Below, piece by piece: positions 31,167-42,105 of a stretch of DNA of 64,000 bases. This stretch comes from Alphaproteobacteria bacterium (GTDB taxonomy: Bacteria > Pseudomonadota > Alphaproteobacteria > UBA6615), in NCBI GenBank assembly GCA_965261975.1, contig CBDHEC010000024.1, positions 32,001 through 96,000 on the forward strand, written 5' to 3'. Under the pieces are notes generated by a model, which had not been told where the DNA came from, searched no databases, and saw only the letters and a program-made list of their open reading frames with translations. Numbering within the stretch: position 1 is the stretch's first letter; each line of letters opens with the position of its first letter. The position numbers and the translations under genes were made by a program.

Positions 31167-31217
31167 CGCGCGAAACCGGGCGCCGCAACATGCGCGCCCC
31201 ATACAGAAAGTCGTCCG

Positions 31218-31697
31218 ATGTCAGATAGTCCCATGTTCGCCCCGCGCCAGACCATCGAACAGGTCGAGGAAGGCCATGAGCTGGCCCCGAAGTTCGATGC
31301 CGACGGCCTGATGCCCGTCGTCACCACCGACGCCGACAGCGGCGAGGTGCTGATGCATGGCTATATGAACGCGGAAGCCCTGACCAAGACCATCGAGACC
31401 GGCGAGGCCCATTACTGGTCCCGCTCGCGGCAAGTCCTCTGGCACAAGGGTGCGACGTCCGGGCTGGTCCAGAAGGTCAAGGAGATCCGCATCGACGACG
31501 ACCAGGACGCCGTGTGGCTCAGGGTCGATGTCCAGGGCGGTGCCAGCTGCCATGTGGGCTACCGATCCTGCTTCTACCGCTCGGTGCCGGTGGGTGCGGC
31601 GGACGACGCGCCAGTGGAACTGGGCTACGAGGAGACCGAGAAGGTCTTCGACCCGGTCGAGGTCTACGGCGACGCGCCGAACCCCACGAAGCTTTAG
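31218..31697 (+). CDS. hisI: Phosphoribosyl-AMP cyclohydrolase, Cys-to-Asp variant
   Basis: [31 protein letters not shown] in place of DCDx[11 protein letters not shown]. Confidence 0.93.
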   Translation: MSDSPMFAPRQTIEQVEEGHELAPKFDADGLMPVVTTDADSGEVLMHGYMNAEALTKTIETGEAHYWSRSRQVLWHKGATSGLVQKVKEIRIDDDQDAVWLRVDVQGGASCHVGYRSCFYRSVPVGAADDAPVELGYEETEKVFDPVEVYGDAPNPTKL

Positions 31698-31700
31698 CGA

Positions 31701-33032
31701 CTAACGCAACGTCTCCACGAAACGCACCGGTTCACCGACAGGTCCGTCGGCGAGCTCGCCGTCTCGCATGACCACATTGCCGCGGATGATCGTGCCCACC
31801 GGCCAGCCGGTGATGTTCATGCCCTCATAGGGGGACCAGCCGCACTTGTAGGCGAGCCAATCGGCGGTGATCTCGCGCTTGGCCTTCAGGTCGACCAGGG
31901 TGAAGTCCGCGTCATAGCCCCAGGCGATGCGGCCCTTGCCGGCGATGTTGAAGATGCGTTGCGGGCCCGAGCACAGGAGATCGACCAGCCGCGCGAGGCT
32001 GAGGCGCCCGTTGGCTACATGGTCGAGCATGACGGCGACCGTCGTCTGGGCGCCGGGCATGCCCGAGGGGCTGGCCGGATAGGGCTGCGCCTTCTCTTCT
32101 TTGGTGTGGGGCGCGTGATCCGAACCGATCACGTCGAACACGCCTTGTTCAATGCCGCGCCACAGCCCGGCCCGGTGGGCCTCGCCGCGGATCGGCGGGT
32201 TCATCTGGGCATAGCTGCCGAGGCGCTCATAACAATCGGGTGCCGCGAATGTCAGATGCTGGGGCGTCACCTCGCAGGTCGCCACGTCCTTGTACCGGGC
32301 CAGGATCTCGACCTCCTCGGCCGTCGTGATGTGCAGCACATGCACGCGCCGCCCGGTCTCGCGCGCAATCTTCAGGAGACGCTTGGTCGAGCGGATCGCG
32401 GTTTCCTCGTCGCGCCATACGGGGTGGGACGACGGGTCGCCCTCCACGCGCTCGTCTTTTCGTTCGTTCAGCCGGTACTCGTCTTCCGAATGGACCGACA
32501 TGCGCCGGGTGCCGTTGGAAAGTGCCCGGCGGACCGTCTCGTCGTCGGGCACCAGAAGATTTCCGGTGGAGCTGCCCATGAACATCTTCACGCCGCAGCA
32601 GCCGGGCACCCGCTCGAGCGCGGCCAGATCGTCCGCATTCTCGGCGGACGCCCCCATGAAGAAGGCGTGATCGGTCCAGGACCGGCCGGCGGCGCGGGAA
32701 ATCTTGTCGGCCAGCGCCTCGGCGCTCGTCGTCAGCGGATCTGTGTTCGGCATCTCGAAGACGGCCGTGATTCCGCCGAGCGCCGCGGAGCGGGTGCCGG
32801 ATTCGAGGTCTTCCTTCTGCTCGTTGCCGGGCTCGCGGAAATGCACCTGGCTGTCGATCATGCCCGGCAGGACCGTCAGCCCCGCCGCGTCGATGACCGT
32901 GCCGGCATCGGCACCGCTCATGTCGCCGACATGGGCAATCTTGCCGTCGCGCACCGCGACATCGGTTTGGGCCAGCCCGCCGGTGGCCCAGACGTCGCCA
33001 CCCCTGATGATCAGATCGTAAGTTTCAGTCAT
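31701..33032 (-). CDS. pyrC: Dihydroorotase
   Basis: DSQVHFREPG, EMPNT.P, KMFMGSSTG, HVLHIT, MNPPIR, SDHAPH, KCGWSPYEG. Confidence 0.9.
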   Translation of the reverse strand: MTETYDLIIRGGDVWATGGLAQTDVAVRDGKIAHVGDMSGADAGTVIDAAGLTVLPGMIDSQVHFREPGNEQKEDLESGTRSAALGGITAVFEMPNTDPLTTSAEALADKISRAAGRSWTDHAFFMGASAENADDLAALERVPGCCGVKMFMGSSTGNLLVPDDETVRRALSNGTRRMSVHSEDEYRLNERKDERVEGDPSSHPVWRDEETAIRSTKRLLKIARETGRRVHVLHITTAEEVEILARYKDVATCEVTPQHLTFAAPDCYERLGSYAQMNPPIRGEAHRAGLWRGIEQGVFDVIGSDHAPHTKEEKAQPYPASPSGMPGAQTTVAVMLDHVANGRLSLARLVDLLCSGPQRIFNIAGKGRIAWGYDADFTLVDLKAKREITADWLAYKCGWSPYEGMNITGWPVGTIIRGNVVMRDGELADGPVGEPVRFVETLR

Positions 33033-33091
33033 CCGATATTCGTATCATTTTGTGGTCTCGGGTGAACAGGTGAGGTCATCCACAGGCGCGG

Positions 33092-33895
33092 TCACCCGTC
33101 TGCCTCATCCGTCAGCGCGACGGCGAAATCGGCCATCACCTGCAACACGCCCTCGGTCGCATCACGGTGCGGCGTGTGACCGCAGTCGGGCACCATCACG
33201 GCGTCGACCGGGCCCGCAGATTGTCGTCCGATGGCCGCGGGTTGGGCTTCGGTCCCGTATTCGTCGTCGACGCCCTGGATGACAAGGGTCGGACAGCCGA
33301 TCGCCGGCAGATACTCCTCGATGTTCCAGTCGCGAAAGGCCGGGCTGAGCCAGATGTCGTTCCAGCCCCAGAAGGTCTTGTCGCCGTCGGTGTGGCGGCG
33401 CGCGATGCGCGCCGGGAGATCGGTGGTCTCGTAGGCCGTCTTCGCATCCTCGATGCCGGCGATGCTCGCATCCTCGACGAAGAAATGCGGCGCCTCGAGG
33501 ATCAGGCCGCGCACGGGCCATTGCCCGGCCCCGGCGTGGATCGCCGCAATCGAACCGCCGTCGCTGTGACCCACCAGGATCACATCATCGAGATCGAGGG
33601 CGTCGCGGATCACCGGCAACGCCTCCAGGGCCTCGTGATGCATGTAGTCCACGCCGCGCGGCGCCTCCAGCACATCCGAGCCGCCATAGCCGTAGCGGGA
33701 ATAGACCAGCGCGGGCAGGCCGGTTGCCGCCGTGACCAAGGCCGGGAAATCCCGCCACAGACCGGCCGATCCCAGCCCTTCATGGAGGAAGATCAGCGCC
33801 GGGCTCTCGCCGTCATGTTCGGCCGTCCAGTAATATTCGAGGCAGCGTCCCGCTGCGGTCAGGTGCTGCATGTCCGGGATGGCGGCAATCGACAT
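33092..33895 (-). CDS. Alpha/beta hydrolase of the type found next to box genes
   Basis: LHEGLGS, GHSDGGS nucleophile elbow, QG.DDEYGT, CGHTPH; divergent from boxC. Confidence 0.88.
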   Translation of the reverse strand: MSIAAIPDMQHLTAAGRCLEYYWTAEHDGESPALIFLHEGLGSAGLWRDFPALVTAATGLPALVYSRYGYGGSDVLEAPRGVDYMHHEALEALPVIRDALDLDDVILVGHSDGGSIAAIHAGAGQWPVRGLILEAPHFFVEDASIAGIEDAKTAYETTDLPARIARRHTDGDKTFWGWNDIWLSPAFRDWNIEEYLPAIGCPTLVIQGVDDEYGTEAQPAAIGRQSAGPVDAVMVPDCGHTPHRDATEGVLQVMADFAVALTDEADG

Positions 33896-34008
33896 CGCCA
33901 AGTTCCTTTCGGGTCTCGCCAATTCGTTGGATATACCGACTATTGGGTTCACAAAGTGATGGGCTTGGATTACTGTTCTAGCGGCAAACAGGAGGGGAAA
34001 GCGATCCC

Positions 34009-35664
34009 ATGATCGCCTTTGAAACACACCCGGAACGCTACCGGCACTGGCAGCTTTCGATCGACGGGCGGGTTGCGACCCTCACCCTCGCCGTGGACGA
34101 GGCCGGCGGGCTGGCGCCGGGCTATGAGCTCAAGCTCAACTCCTATGATCTGGGTGTCGATATCGAGTTGTATGATGCCATTCAACGCTTGCGTTTCGAA
34201 CACCCGGAAGTGGCCGCGGTGGTGGTCACCTCGGCCATGGACCGGGTGTTCTGCGCCGGGGCCAACATCCCCATGCTCAAGGCCTCCAGCCACGACCATA
34301 AGGTGAATTTCTGCAAGTTCACCAACGAGACCCGCAACGCCATCGAGGATGCGAGCGAAAACTCCGGCCAGGCCTATATCTGCATGGTCAACGGCACGGC
34401 CGCGGGCGGCGGCTATGAACTCGCGTTGGCCTGCGACGAAATTTTGCTGGTCGACGACGGGTCGAGCGCGGTCTCCCTGCCGGAGGTGCCCCTGCTGGCG
34501 GTGCTGCCGGGCACCGGCGGGCTGACCCGGGTGGTGGACAAGCGCCATGTGCGCCGCGACCGGGCGGATTTCTTCTGTACCACCGGCGAGGGCCTGCGTG
34601 GCAAGCGCGCGCTCGAATGGAAGCTCGTCGACGCACTGGTGCCCCGCTCGAAACTCGAAGAAACACTCGCCGCGCGAACTGCCGAACGTACAGATACCTC
34701 GGACCGCCCGGCGGACGGCGCGGGCGTGGAACTTACCGCGCTCACGCGAGATATTTCCGATGCCGAGCTCACCTACCCCAACCTCACGGTCGCGCTGGAC
34801 CGGGAGACACGCACCGCGACCTTCACGGTGCGCGCGCCCGAAAACGCCCCGCCCGAAGACATCGACGGCATTCACGCGGCGGGCGTGGGGTTCTGGCCCC
34901 TGGCGATCGCCCGCGAGCTCGATGACGCGATCCTGCATCTGCGGTTCAACGAGACCGAAATCGGCACCTGGGTGTTCCGCACCGAGGGCGACGGCGAACT
35001 TGTCGCGGCCCATGACGCCGCGCTGCTGGAACACGCCGACGACTGGCTGATCCGCGAGATCACGCTTTATCTGCGACGCACCCTCAAGCGCATCGACGTG
35101 TCCGCCCGCTCCCTGCTGGCGCTGATCGAGCCCGGCTCATGTTTCACCGGCACGTTGCTGGAGCTCGCGCTCGCCGCCGACCGGTCCTACATGCTCGACG
35201 GTGCGTTCGAGGAAGACGGCTCGAACCTGCCGCCCGCAACCATCGCGCTGACCGGCATGAACACCGGTCCGCTGAAGATGTGCACGGGCCTCACCCGGCT
35301 GCAAACACGTTTCTACGGCGACGACGACGCCCTGGCCGCCGTCGAGGCCGAAATCGGCACCGCGCTGGAGGCGGTCGACGCCGAGGCGCTCGGCCTGGTC
35401 ACCTTCGCGCCCGACGACATCGACTGGGAGGACGAGGTTCGCCTGGCCATCGAGGCCCGCGCCGCCTTCTCGCCCGACGCGCTGACGGGCATGGAAGCAA
35501 GCCTGCGCTTCCCCGGGCCCGAGACCATCGAGAGCAAGATTTTCGCGCGCCTGAGCGCGTGGCAGAACTGGATATTCCAACGTCCCAACGCCGTGGGTGA
35601 CAGCGGCGCGCTGGAGCTCTTCGGCACCGGCAAACAACCCGAATATGACCGCAGGCGGGTGTGA
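34009..35664 (+). CDS. boxC: 2,3-epoxybenzoyl-CoA dihydrolase (benzoyl-CoA-dihydrodiol lyase)
   Basis: YRHW, YELKLNSYDLGVDIELYDA.QRLRFEHP, HKVNFCKFTNETRN, RLSAWQNWIFQRPNA. Confidence 0.96.
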   Translation: MIAFETHPERYRHWQLSIDGRVATLTLAVDEAGGLAPGYELKLNSYDLGVDIELYDAIQRLRFEHPEVAAVVVTSAMDRVFCAGANIPMLKASSHDHKVNFCKFTNETRNAIEDASENSGQAYICMVNGTAAGGGYELALACDEILLVDDGSSAVSLPEVPLLAVLPGTGGLTRVVDKRHVRRDRADFFCTTGEGLRGKRALEWKLVDALVPRSKLEETLAARTAERTDTSDRPADGAGVELTALTRDISDAELTYPNLTVALDRETRTATFTVRAPENAPPEDIDGIHAAGVGFWPLAIARELDDAILHLRFNETEIGTWVFRTEGDGELVAAHDAALLEHADDWLIREITLYLRRTLKRIDVSARSLLALIEPGSCFTGTLLELALAADRSYMLDGAFEEDGSNLPPATIALTGMNTGPLKMCTGLTRLQTRFYGDDDALAAVEAEIGTALEAVDAEALGLVTFAPDDIDWEDEVRLAIEARAAFSPDALTGMEASLRFPGPETIESKIFARLSAWQNWIFQRPNAVGDSGALELFGTGKQPEYDRRRV

Positions 35665-35668
35665 GACC

Positions 35669-37087
35669 ATGAAAGCCAACTACAACGAAATGATCCCCAA
35701 CAACGTCAACCTCGGCGACGACCGCCGTCTGTTGCGCGCGCTGGAACGCTGGCACCCGGCCTATATCCAGTGGTGGAAGGACATGGGGCCGGTCGAATCC
35801 ACCGACTTCGATGTCTATCTGCGCACCGCCATCAGCGTCGACACCGACGGCTGGGCCATTTTCGATCATGTGAAGATGCCCGACTATCGCTGGGGCATCT
35901 TCCTCGCCGAACCCGGCCCCGAGCGGAAGATCGCCTTCGGCGCCCACAAGGACGAACCGGTCTGGACCGAAGTGCCGGGCGAGTACCGCACCGAGCTGCG
36001 CCGCCTGATCGTTACCCAGGGGGACACCGAGCCCGCCTCGGTGGAGCAGCAACGCCAGCTGGGCCGGACCGCGCCGTCGCTGTATGACCTGCGCAATCTC
36101 TATCAGGTGAACGTCGAGGAAGGCCGCCATCTGTGGGCCATGGTCTATCTGCTGCATGCCTATTTCGGGCGCGACGGACGCGAGGAGGCCGACGAGATGC
36201 TCGAGCGCCACGCGGGCGACCCGGACCGGCCGCGGATCCTCCAGGCCTTCAACGAGCAGACCGACGACTGGCTGTCGTTCTTCATGTTTACCTATTTCCA
36301 GGACCGGGACGGCAAGTTCCAGCTGGCCGCGCTCGCCGAGTCCGGCTTCGACCCGCTGTCGCGGACCTGCCGCTTCATGCTGACGGAAGAGGCCCACCAC
36401 ATGTTCGTGGGCGAGACCGGCGTGATGCGTGTCCTGCAGCGGACCTGCGAGCTGATGCGCGAGCATGACACAGAGGATGTGCGCCCCTTCGGCGGCATCA
36501 ACCTCGACACCATCCAGAAATGGATCAACTTCCACTATTCGATCTGCCTGGATCTGTTCGGCTCGGAACGCTCGACCAATGCCGCGAACTACTTCTCCAT
36601 GGGCCTCAAGGGGCGCTACCAGGAGACGAAACTCGACGACGACCACAAGCTCGACGGCGAACAGATGGAAATCGCGAAGGTGACCGAGGACGGCGACATC
36701 GACAGCGAGACCATCTCGGCGCTGACGGCGATGAACCTGAAGCTGCGCCAGGACTACACCACCGACAGCCAGCGCGGGCTCAACCGCTTCAACAAGATGA
36801 TCGCCGCCCATGACGTCGACGTCAAACTCACCCTGCCCGATGAGAAGTTCAACCGCTCGATCGGCATCTATTCGGCCATCGAGGCGACCCCGGAGGGCGA
36901 GCTCATCTCGGCCGAGGAATGGTCCAATCGCAAGGCGGCATGGCTGCCGACGGACGAAGACAAGGCCTATGTGAATTCGTTGATGGTGCCCGTCACCGAG
37001 CCGGGCAAGATGGCCAGCTGGATCGCGCCGCCCAAGCGCGGCATCCACGGCCGGCCCATCGACTTTGAGTATGTGCTGTTTCACTGA
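35669..37087 (+). CDS. boxB: Benzoyl-CoA 2,3-epoxidase di-iron subunit
   Basis: IPNNVNL, VKMPDYRWGIFL, QGDTEPASVEQQ, NVEEGRHLWAM, DRDGKFQL, EEAHHMFVG. Confidence 0.96.
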   Translation: MKANYNEMIPNNVNLGDDRRLLRALERWHPAYIQWWKDMGPVESTDFDVYLRTAISVDTDGWAIFDHVKMPDYRWGIFLAEPGPERKIAFGAHKDEPVWTEVPGEYRTELRRLIVTQGDTEPASVEQQRQLGRTAPSLYDLRNLYQVNVEEGRHLWAMVYLLHAYFGRDGREEADEMLERHAGDPDRPRILQAFNEQTDDWLSFFMFTYFQDRDGKFQLAALAESGFDPLSRTCRFMLTEEAHHMFVGETGVMRVLQRTCELMREHDTEDVRPFGGINLDTIQKWINFHYSICLDLFGSERSTNAANYFSMGLKGRYQETKLDDDHKLDGEQMEIAKVTEDGDIDSETISALTAMNLKLRQDYTTDSQRGLNRFNKMIAAHDVDVKLTLPDEKFNRSIGIYSAIEATPEGELISAEEWSNRKAAWLPTDEDKAYVNSLMVPVTEPGKMASWIAPPKRGIHGRPIDFEYVLFH

Positions 37088-37098
37088 GCGGTGATGCC

Positions 37099-38666
37099 AT
37101 GACCAACAACACCGTCACCGTCGACATGTCGACCAGCCCCGCGACCCTCACCTATGCGGACCGGTTCAACGTGGCCGTGCCTTTCATCGACCGGCATCTG
37201 GCCGAGGGCCGGGGCGAGAAGGTGGCGATCCGGAACGACGACGGCGACACGACCTACGCCGCACTGGCCGAGGCGGTAAACCGGGCGGGCAATGCGCTGG
37301 CCGACCTGGGCCTCGCGCAAGGCGACCGGGTGATCCTGGCCATCAAGGACAGTCCCGCCTTCTTCTTCGCCTTCTGGGGCGCGATCAAGGCGGGCTTCGT
37401 GCCCGTGCCCGTGAACACGCTGCTGCGCGCGGGCGACCACCAGTTCATCATCGAGGATTCGGGTGCCGCCTGCGTGATCTGGTCGCCGGAATTCGCCGAG
37501 ACCATGCAGCCGGCAATCGCCGCGGCGGCCCCGGCCCATAACTTCCCGACCGAGGGCGCCGACGACAGCCTCGCCGCGCGCATGGCCGCGGCCTCATCCG
37601 AACTTGAGGCCGCCCCCGCCACAGCCGATGCCGACTGCTTCTGGCTCTACACGTCCGGTTCCACCGGCACGCCCAAGGGCGCTGTCCATGCCCACCGGGA
37701 CATGGTGGTGACCAGCCAGTATTACGGGGTCGAGACCCTGGGCATCACGGCCGACGACATTCATTTCTCCGCCGCCAAGCTGTTCTTCGCTTACGGGCTC
37801 GGCAATGCCATGACCATGCCGCTGTGGACCGGCGGCCAGGCGGTGCTGTTCGCCGGGCGGCCGACGCCGGACATCATGGCCGACCATATCGAACGCTACC
37901 GCCCGACGCTCTATTACGCGGTGCCCACCCTGTTCGCCGCCCAGCTCCACGCACTCGAGGCGGGCGACGCGGACTTCTCGAGCCTGCGGGCGTGTGTCTC
38001 GGCGGGCGAGCCCCTGCCCGCCACGTTGTTCGAACGCTGGCGCGACCAGACCGGCCTCACCATCCTCGACGGGATCGGCACGACGGAGATCCTGCACATC
38101 TTCATCGGCAACGGCCCCGACGATGCCAAGGCGGGGACCAGCGGCAAACTGGTGCCCGGCTACGAGGCGCGGATCGTCGACGACGCGGACCAACCCGTCG
38201 CCACGGGCGAGATCGGCAACCTGCTGATCCGGGGCGATTCCGTGACCTCGCGCTACTGGAACCAGCCCGAGCGCACGGCCGCGGCCATCACCGACGGCTG
38301 GATCCGCACCGGCGATTCCTACTCGCTCGACGACGACGGCTACTTCACCTGCCAGGGGCGCAGCGACGACATGCTCAAGGTGGGCGGCATCTGGGTCTCG
38401 CCGGTGGAGATCGAGGCGCGGCTGGTCGCCCATGACGCGGTGCTGGAAGCCGCGGTCATCGGCCGGCCCGACGACGAGGAACTGATCAAGCCCGAGGCGT
38501 TTGTGATTTTGAAGGATGCCGGCGACGCGTCGGACACGCTCGCGGAAGACCTCAAGACCTTCTGCCAGGAAGAGCTCGCTCGCTACAAGTACCCGCGCTG
38601 GGTGCATTTCGTGGACGAGCTGCCGAAGACCGCGACGGGGAAAATCCAGCGGTTCAAGCTAAGGGG

Positions 38667-38670
<4 letters not shown>
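37099..38670 (+). CDS. bclA: Benzoate--CoA ligase family protein
   Basis: WLYTSGSTGTPKG, AAKLFFAYGLGN, SAGE.LP, DGIGTTEILHIF, PKTATGKIQRF. Confidence 0.9.
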
Positions 38671-39367
<697 letters not shown>

Positions 39368-39368
<1 letters not shown>

Positions 39369-40144
39369 CAGCCCGCCTCCTCGCTTGCGTCATCGCCGAG
39401 ATAGGCCGCGCGCACCGACGCGTCGTTGCGAATTTCTTCCGGCGTGCCCGTGGCGATCGCCTTGCCATACACCAGCACGGTGATCCGGTCGGCGAGCGCA
39501 AACACCGCATCCATATCGTGCTCGACCAAGAGCATCGTGTAGTCGCCCTTCAGCGCCTTGAGGAAGTCGATCATCCCCTGGCTCTCCTCGGGCCCCATTC
39601 CCGCCATGGGTTCGTCGAGGAGCAGGAAGGTCGGGTTGGTCGCCAGCGAGATCGCGATCTCGAGCTGGCGTTGCTCACCATGGGCGAGGTTGCCGGCGGT
39701 CACGTCCATCCGGTCAGCCAGGCCGACACGCTCGAGGAGGTCCCGCGCGGGCCCGCGCAGGCTCTCGTCGCGCGCGGCGGGCCGCCAGAAGCGGAAGCTA
39801 TGCCCCTGCCCGGCCTGGACGGAAAGCATGACATTCTCCAGCACCGTGAAGTCGCGGAAGATGCTGGTGATCTGAAACGACCGGGCCAGGCCCTGGTTTA
39901 CCCGGGCGGGGGCCGACAGGCGGGTGATATCGCGGCCCTCGAACAGGATTTCGCCCCCGTCGGGCTTCATGATGCCCGAGAGGAGATTGACGAACGTCGT
40001 CTTGCCGGCGCCGTTGGGACCGATGACCGCATGGATCTCGCCGCGGGTGGCCTCCAGCGACAGGTTGTCGGTCGCGACCAGGCCGCCGAAGCTCTTCTGC
40101 AGGCCGCGGGCCTCCAGGCTTATGCTCGCGCGCGCATCATTCAT
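39368..40144 (-). CDS. ABC transporter ATPase (LivG-like)
   Basis: GPNGAGKTT, RSFQITS, LLDEPMAGM, EHDMD. Confidence 0.92.
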
Positions 40145-41093
40145 CGCGGGATGACCTCGGCGTCAGCAGCCCGTGGATGCCGCCGCGCGCGAACAGCACG
40201 ACCAGCACCAGGAACGGCCCGAAGATGATGTGCCAGTGGATCGTCCAGGTGGACAGGATCTCCGACAGCATGAGGAAGACGAAGGCCCCCGTGACCGGGC
40301 CGAACAGGGTCGACATGCCGCCCAGCACCACCATGAAGATGAGCTCGCCCGAGCGCGGCCAGTTCATCATGTCGGGCGAGACGAAACGCTCGAAATTGGC
40401 CTGCAGCAGCCCGGCAATGCCGCACATCACCCCGGCGATGACGAAGGCGGTGAGGCGGTATCGGTAGGTCGAGACACCGACCGCCTGGACGCGCGTGTCG
40501 TTGGATTTCGCCGCCCGCATGACCACGCCGAAGCGGGAATGGATAATCTTCCAGCTGATGAACACGCTCGCCACCAGGAACGCGAAGATCGTGTAGTACA
40601 TGGTCAGCTTGTCGTTCAGATCGAAGAAGCCGAGCCCGAAGTCGCTGCGCGAGAGAATGTTCAGCCCGTCGTCGCTGCCGTAGCGCTCCGCGCTGACGCT
40701 CAGGAAGAAGATCATCTGGGCGAGCGCAAGCGTAATCATGATGAAATAGACACCGCGGGTCCGCAGGCTGATCGCGCCGAAGATGAGCGAGATCATGGCG
40801 CAAAGCCCGATGGCCACCGGCCACTGGATCCACGCACTGGTGATGCCATGGAAGGCGAGGATGCCGATCGTGTAGCCGCCGATCCCCAGATAGACCGCAT
40901 GACCGAAGCTGATCATGCCGCCATAGCCCATGATCAGGTTGAGGCTGACCGCCGCAATCGCCCAGATCATGATCCGCGCGAAGACGATGACATAGAAGGG
41001 CTCGCCCAGCGCGGGTGCGAGGAAGGGCACGACCGCGAACAGGGCGATCACGATGACGGTCAGGATGTTCGCCGGGTTTTTCAGGTTCTCCAT
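40137..41093 (-). CDS. ABC transporter permease (LivM-like)
   Basis: GYGGMISFGHA, YFIMITLALAQ, VLGGM. Confidence 0.92.
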   Translation of the reverse strand: MENLKNPANILTVIVIALFAVVPFLAPALGEPFYVIVFARIMIWAIAAVSLNLIMGYGGMISFGHAVYLGIGGYTIGILAFHGITSAWIQWPVAIGLCAMISLIFGAISLRTRGVYFIMITLALAQMIFFLSVSAERYGSDDGLNILSRSDFGLGFFDLNDKLTMYYTIFAFLVASVFISWKIIHSRFGVVMRAAKSNDTRVQAVGVSTYRYRLTAFVIAGVMCGIAGLLQANFERFVSPDMMNWPRSGELIFMVVLGGMSTLFGPVTGAFVFLMLSEILSTWTIHWHIIFGPFLVLVVLFARGGIHGLLTPRSSRDE

Positions 41094-41098
41094 GGCCC

Positions 41099-42022
41099 CT
41101 ACCCCGCGCCCTTGGGCGGGAAAAGGCCCTGGGGCCTGAAGAACAGGATCGCGGCCATCAGGATGTAGATCATCATCGATGACAGGGCCGGCCCGGCGGA
41201 TTCCGCCGCGTTTTCCGGCAGGAACAGCAGCAGGAACACGTCGAGGAATGACCGCCCCATCGTGTCGATCACGCCGGTGACGATGGAGGCGATGAAGGCG
41301 CCGCGGATCGAGCCGATGCCGCCGATCACGATCACCACGAAGGCAAGAATGAGTACATCCTCACCCATGCCGATCTGGGCCGCGGTGATGGGGGTGATGA
41401 TCAACCCGGCGAGGCCGGCCAGCACGGCGCCGATGCCGAAGACGATGGAGAACAGCAGCGGGATGTTGACGCCCAGCGCGCCCGCCATGGTGCGGTTCGA
41501 CGCACCCGCGCGGATCAGCATGCCGATCCGGGTGCGGGATACGAGGATATAGAGGCCCAGCGCGACCAGCAGGCCGATGACGATGATGACGATCCGGTAG
41601 ACCGGATAGGTGATCGCGCCCAATGCGACCGAGCCATCGAGGAATGCCGGCAACGGCACGACGAGGCCCTCCGGGCCCCAGATCAGGCGGGTCGCCTCGT
41701 TGAAAAACAGAATGAGACCGAAGGTGGCCAGCACATGGTCGAGATGATCACGCGGATAGAGCGTCCGCAGGGTAGTCATCTCGACGACGATGCCGATGAT
41801 CAGCATGGCCGGGATCATCACGATCACGCCGATGATGAAGGAGCCGGTGAGCAGGGCGATGGAGCCACCGACGAAGGCGCCGATCATGAACATCGACCCG
41901 TGGGCCAGGTTCACCAGGTCCATGATCCCGAACACCAGGGTCAGCCCTGCCGCCATCAGGAACAGGATGATCCCGAGCTGAAACCCGTTCAGGAATTGTT
42001 CGGTGAGGAGGACGTAATCCAT
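41099..42022 (-). CDS. ABC transporter permease (LivH-like)
   Basis: GLTLVFGIMD.VNLAHG, VIVIGGIGSIRGA. Confidence 0.92.
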   Translation of the reverse strand: MDYVLLTEQFLNGFQLGIILFLMAAGLTLVFGIMDLVNLAHGSMFMIGAFVGGSIALLTGSFIIGVIVMIPAMLIIGIVVEMTTLRTLYPRDHLDHVLATFGLILFFNEATRLIWGPEGLVVPLPAFLDGSVALGAITYPVYRIVIIVIGLLVALGLYILVSRTRIGMLIRAGASNRTMAGALGVNIPLLFSIVFGIGAVLAGLAGLIITPITAAQIGMGEDVLILAFVVIVIGGIGSIRGAFIASIVTGVIDTMGRSFLDVFLLLFLPENAAESAGPALSSMMIYILMAAILFFRPQGLFPPKGAG

Positions 42023-42056
42023 CGCGCCCTAGCAGCTAACGGCAGCGGACATGCAA

Positions 42057-42080
42057 GCGGGGATGCCTACGCATCCCCGC
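42057..42080 (-). terminator. Intergenic hairpin after the substrate-binding protein gene (attenuating or stabilising stem)
   Basis: GCGGGGATGC-ctac-GCATCCCCGC, a perfect 10-bp stem between SBP and permease. Confidence 0.6.
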
Positions 42081-42105
42081 CCACAGGTTTCAGATAGCCG
42101 TGTGC

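Noticed and set aside
35399-37084. 561-aa ORF antisense to boxB, considered as a hidden boxA
   Set aside because: No ferredoxin CxxCxxC or FNR motifs; shadow ORF.
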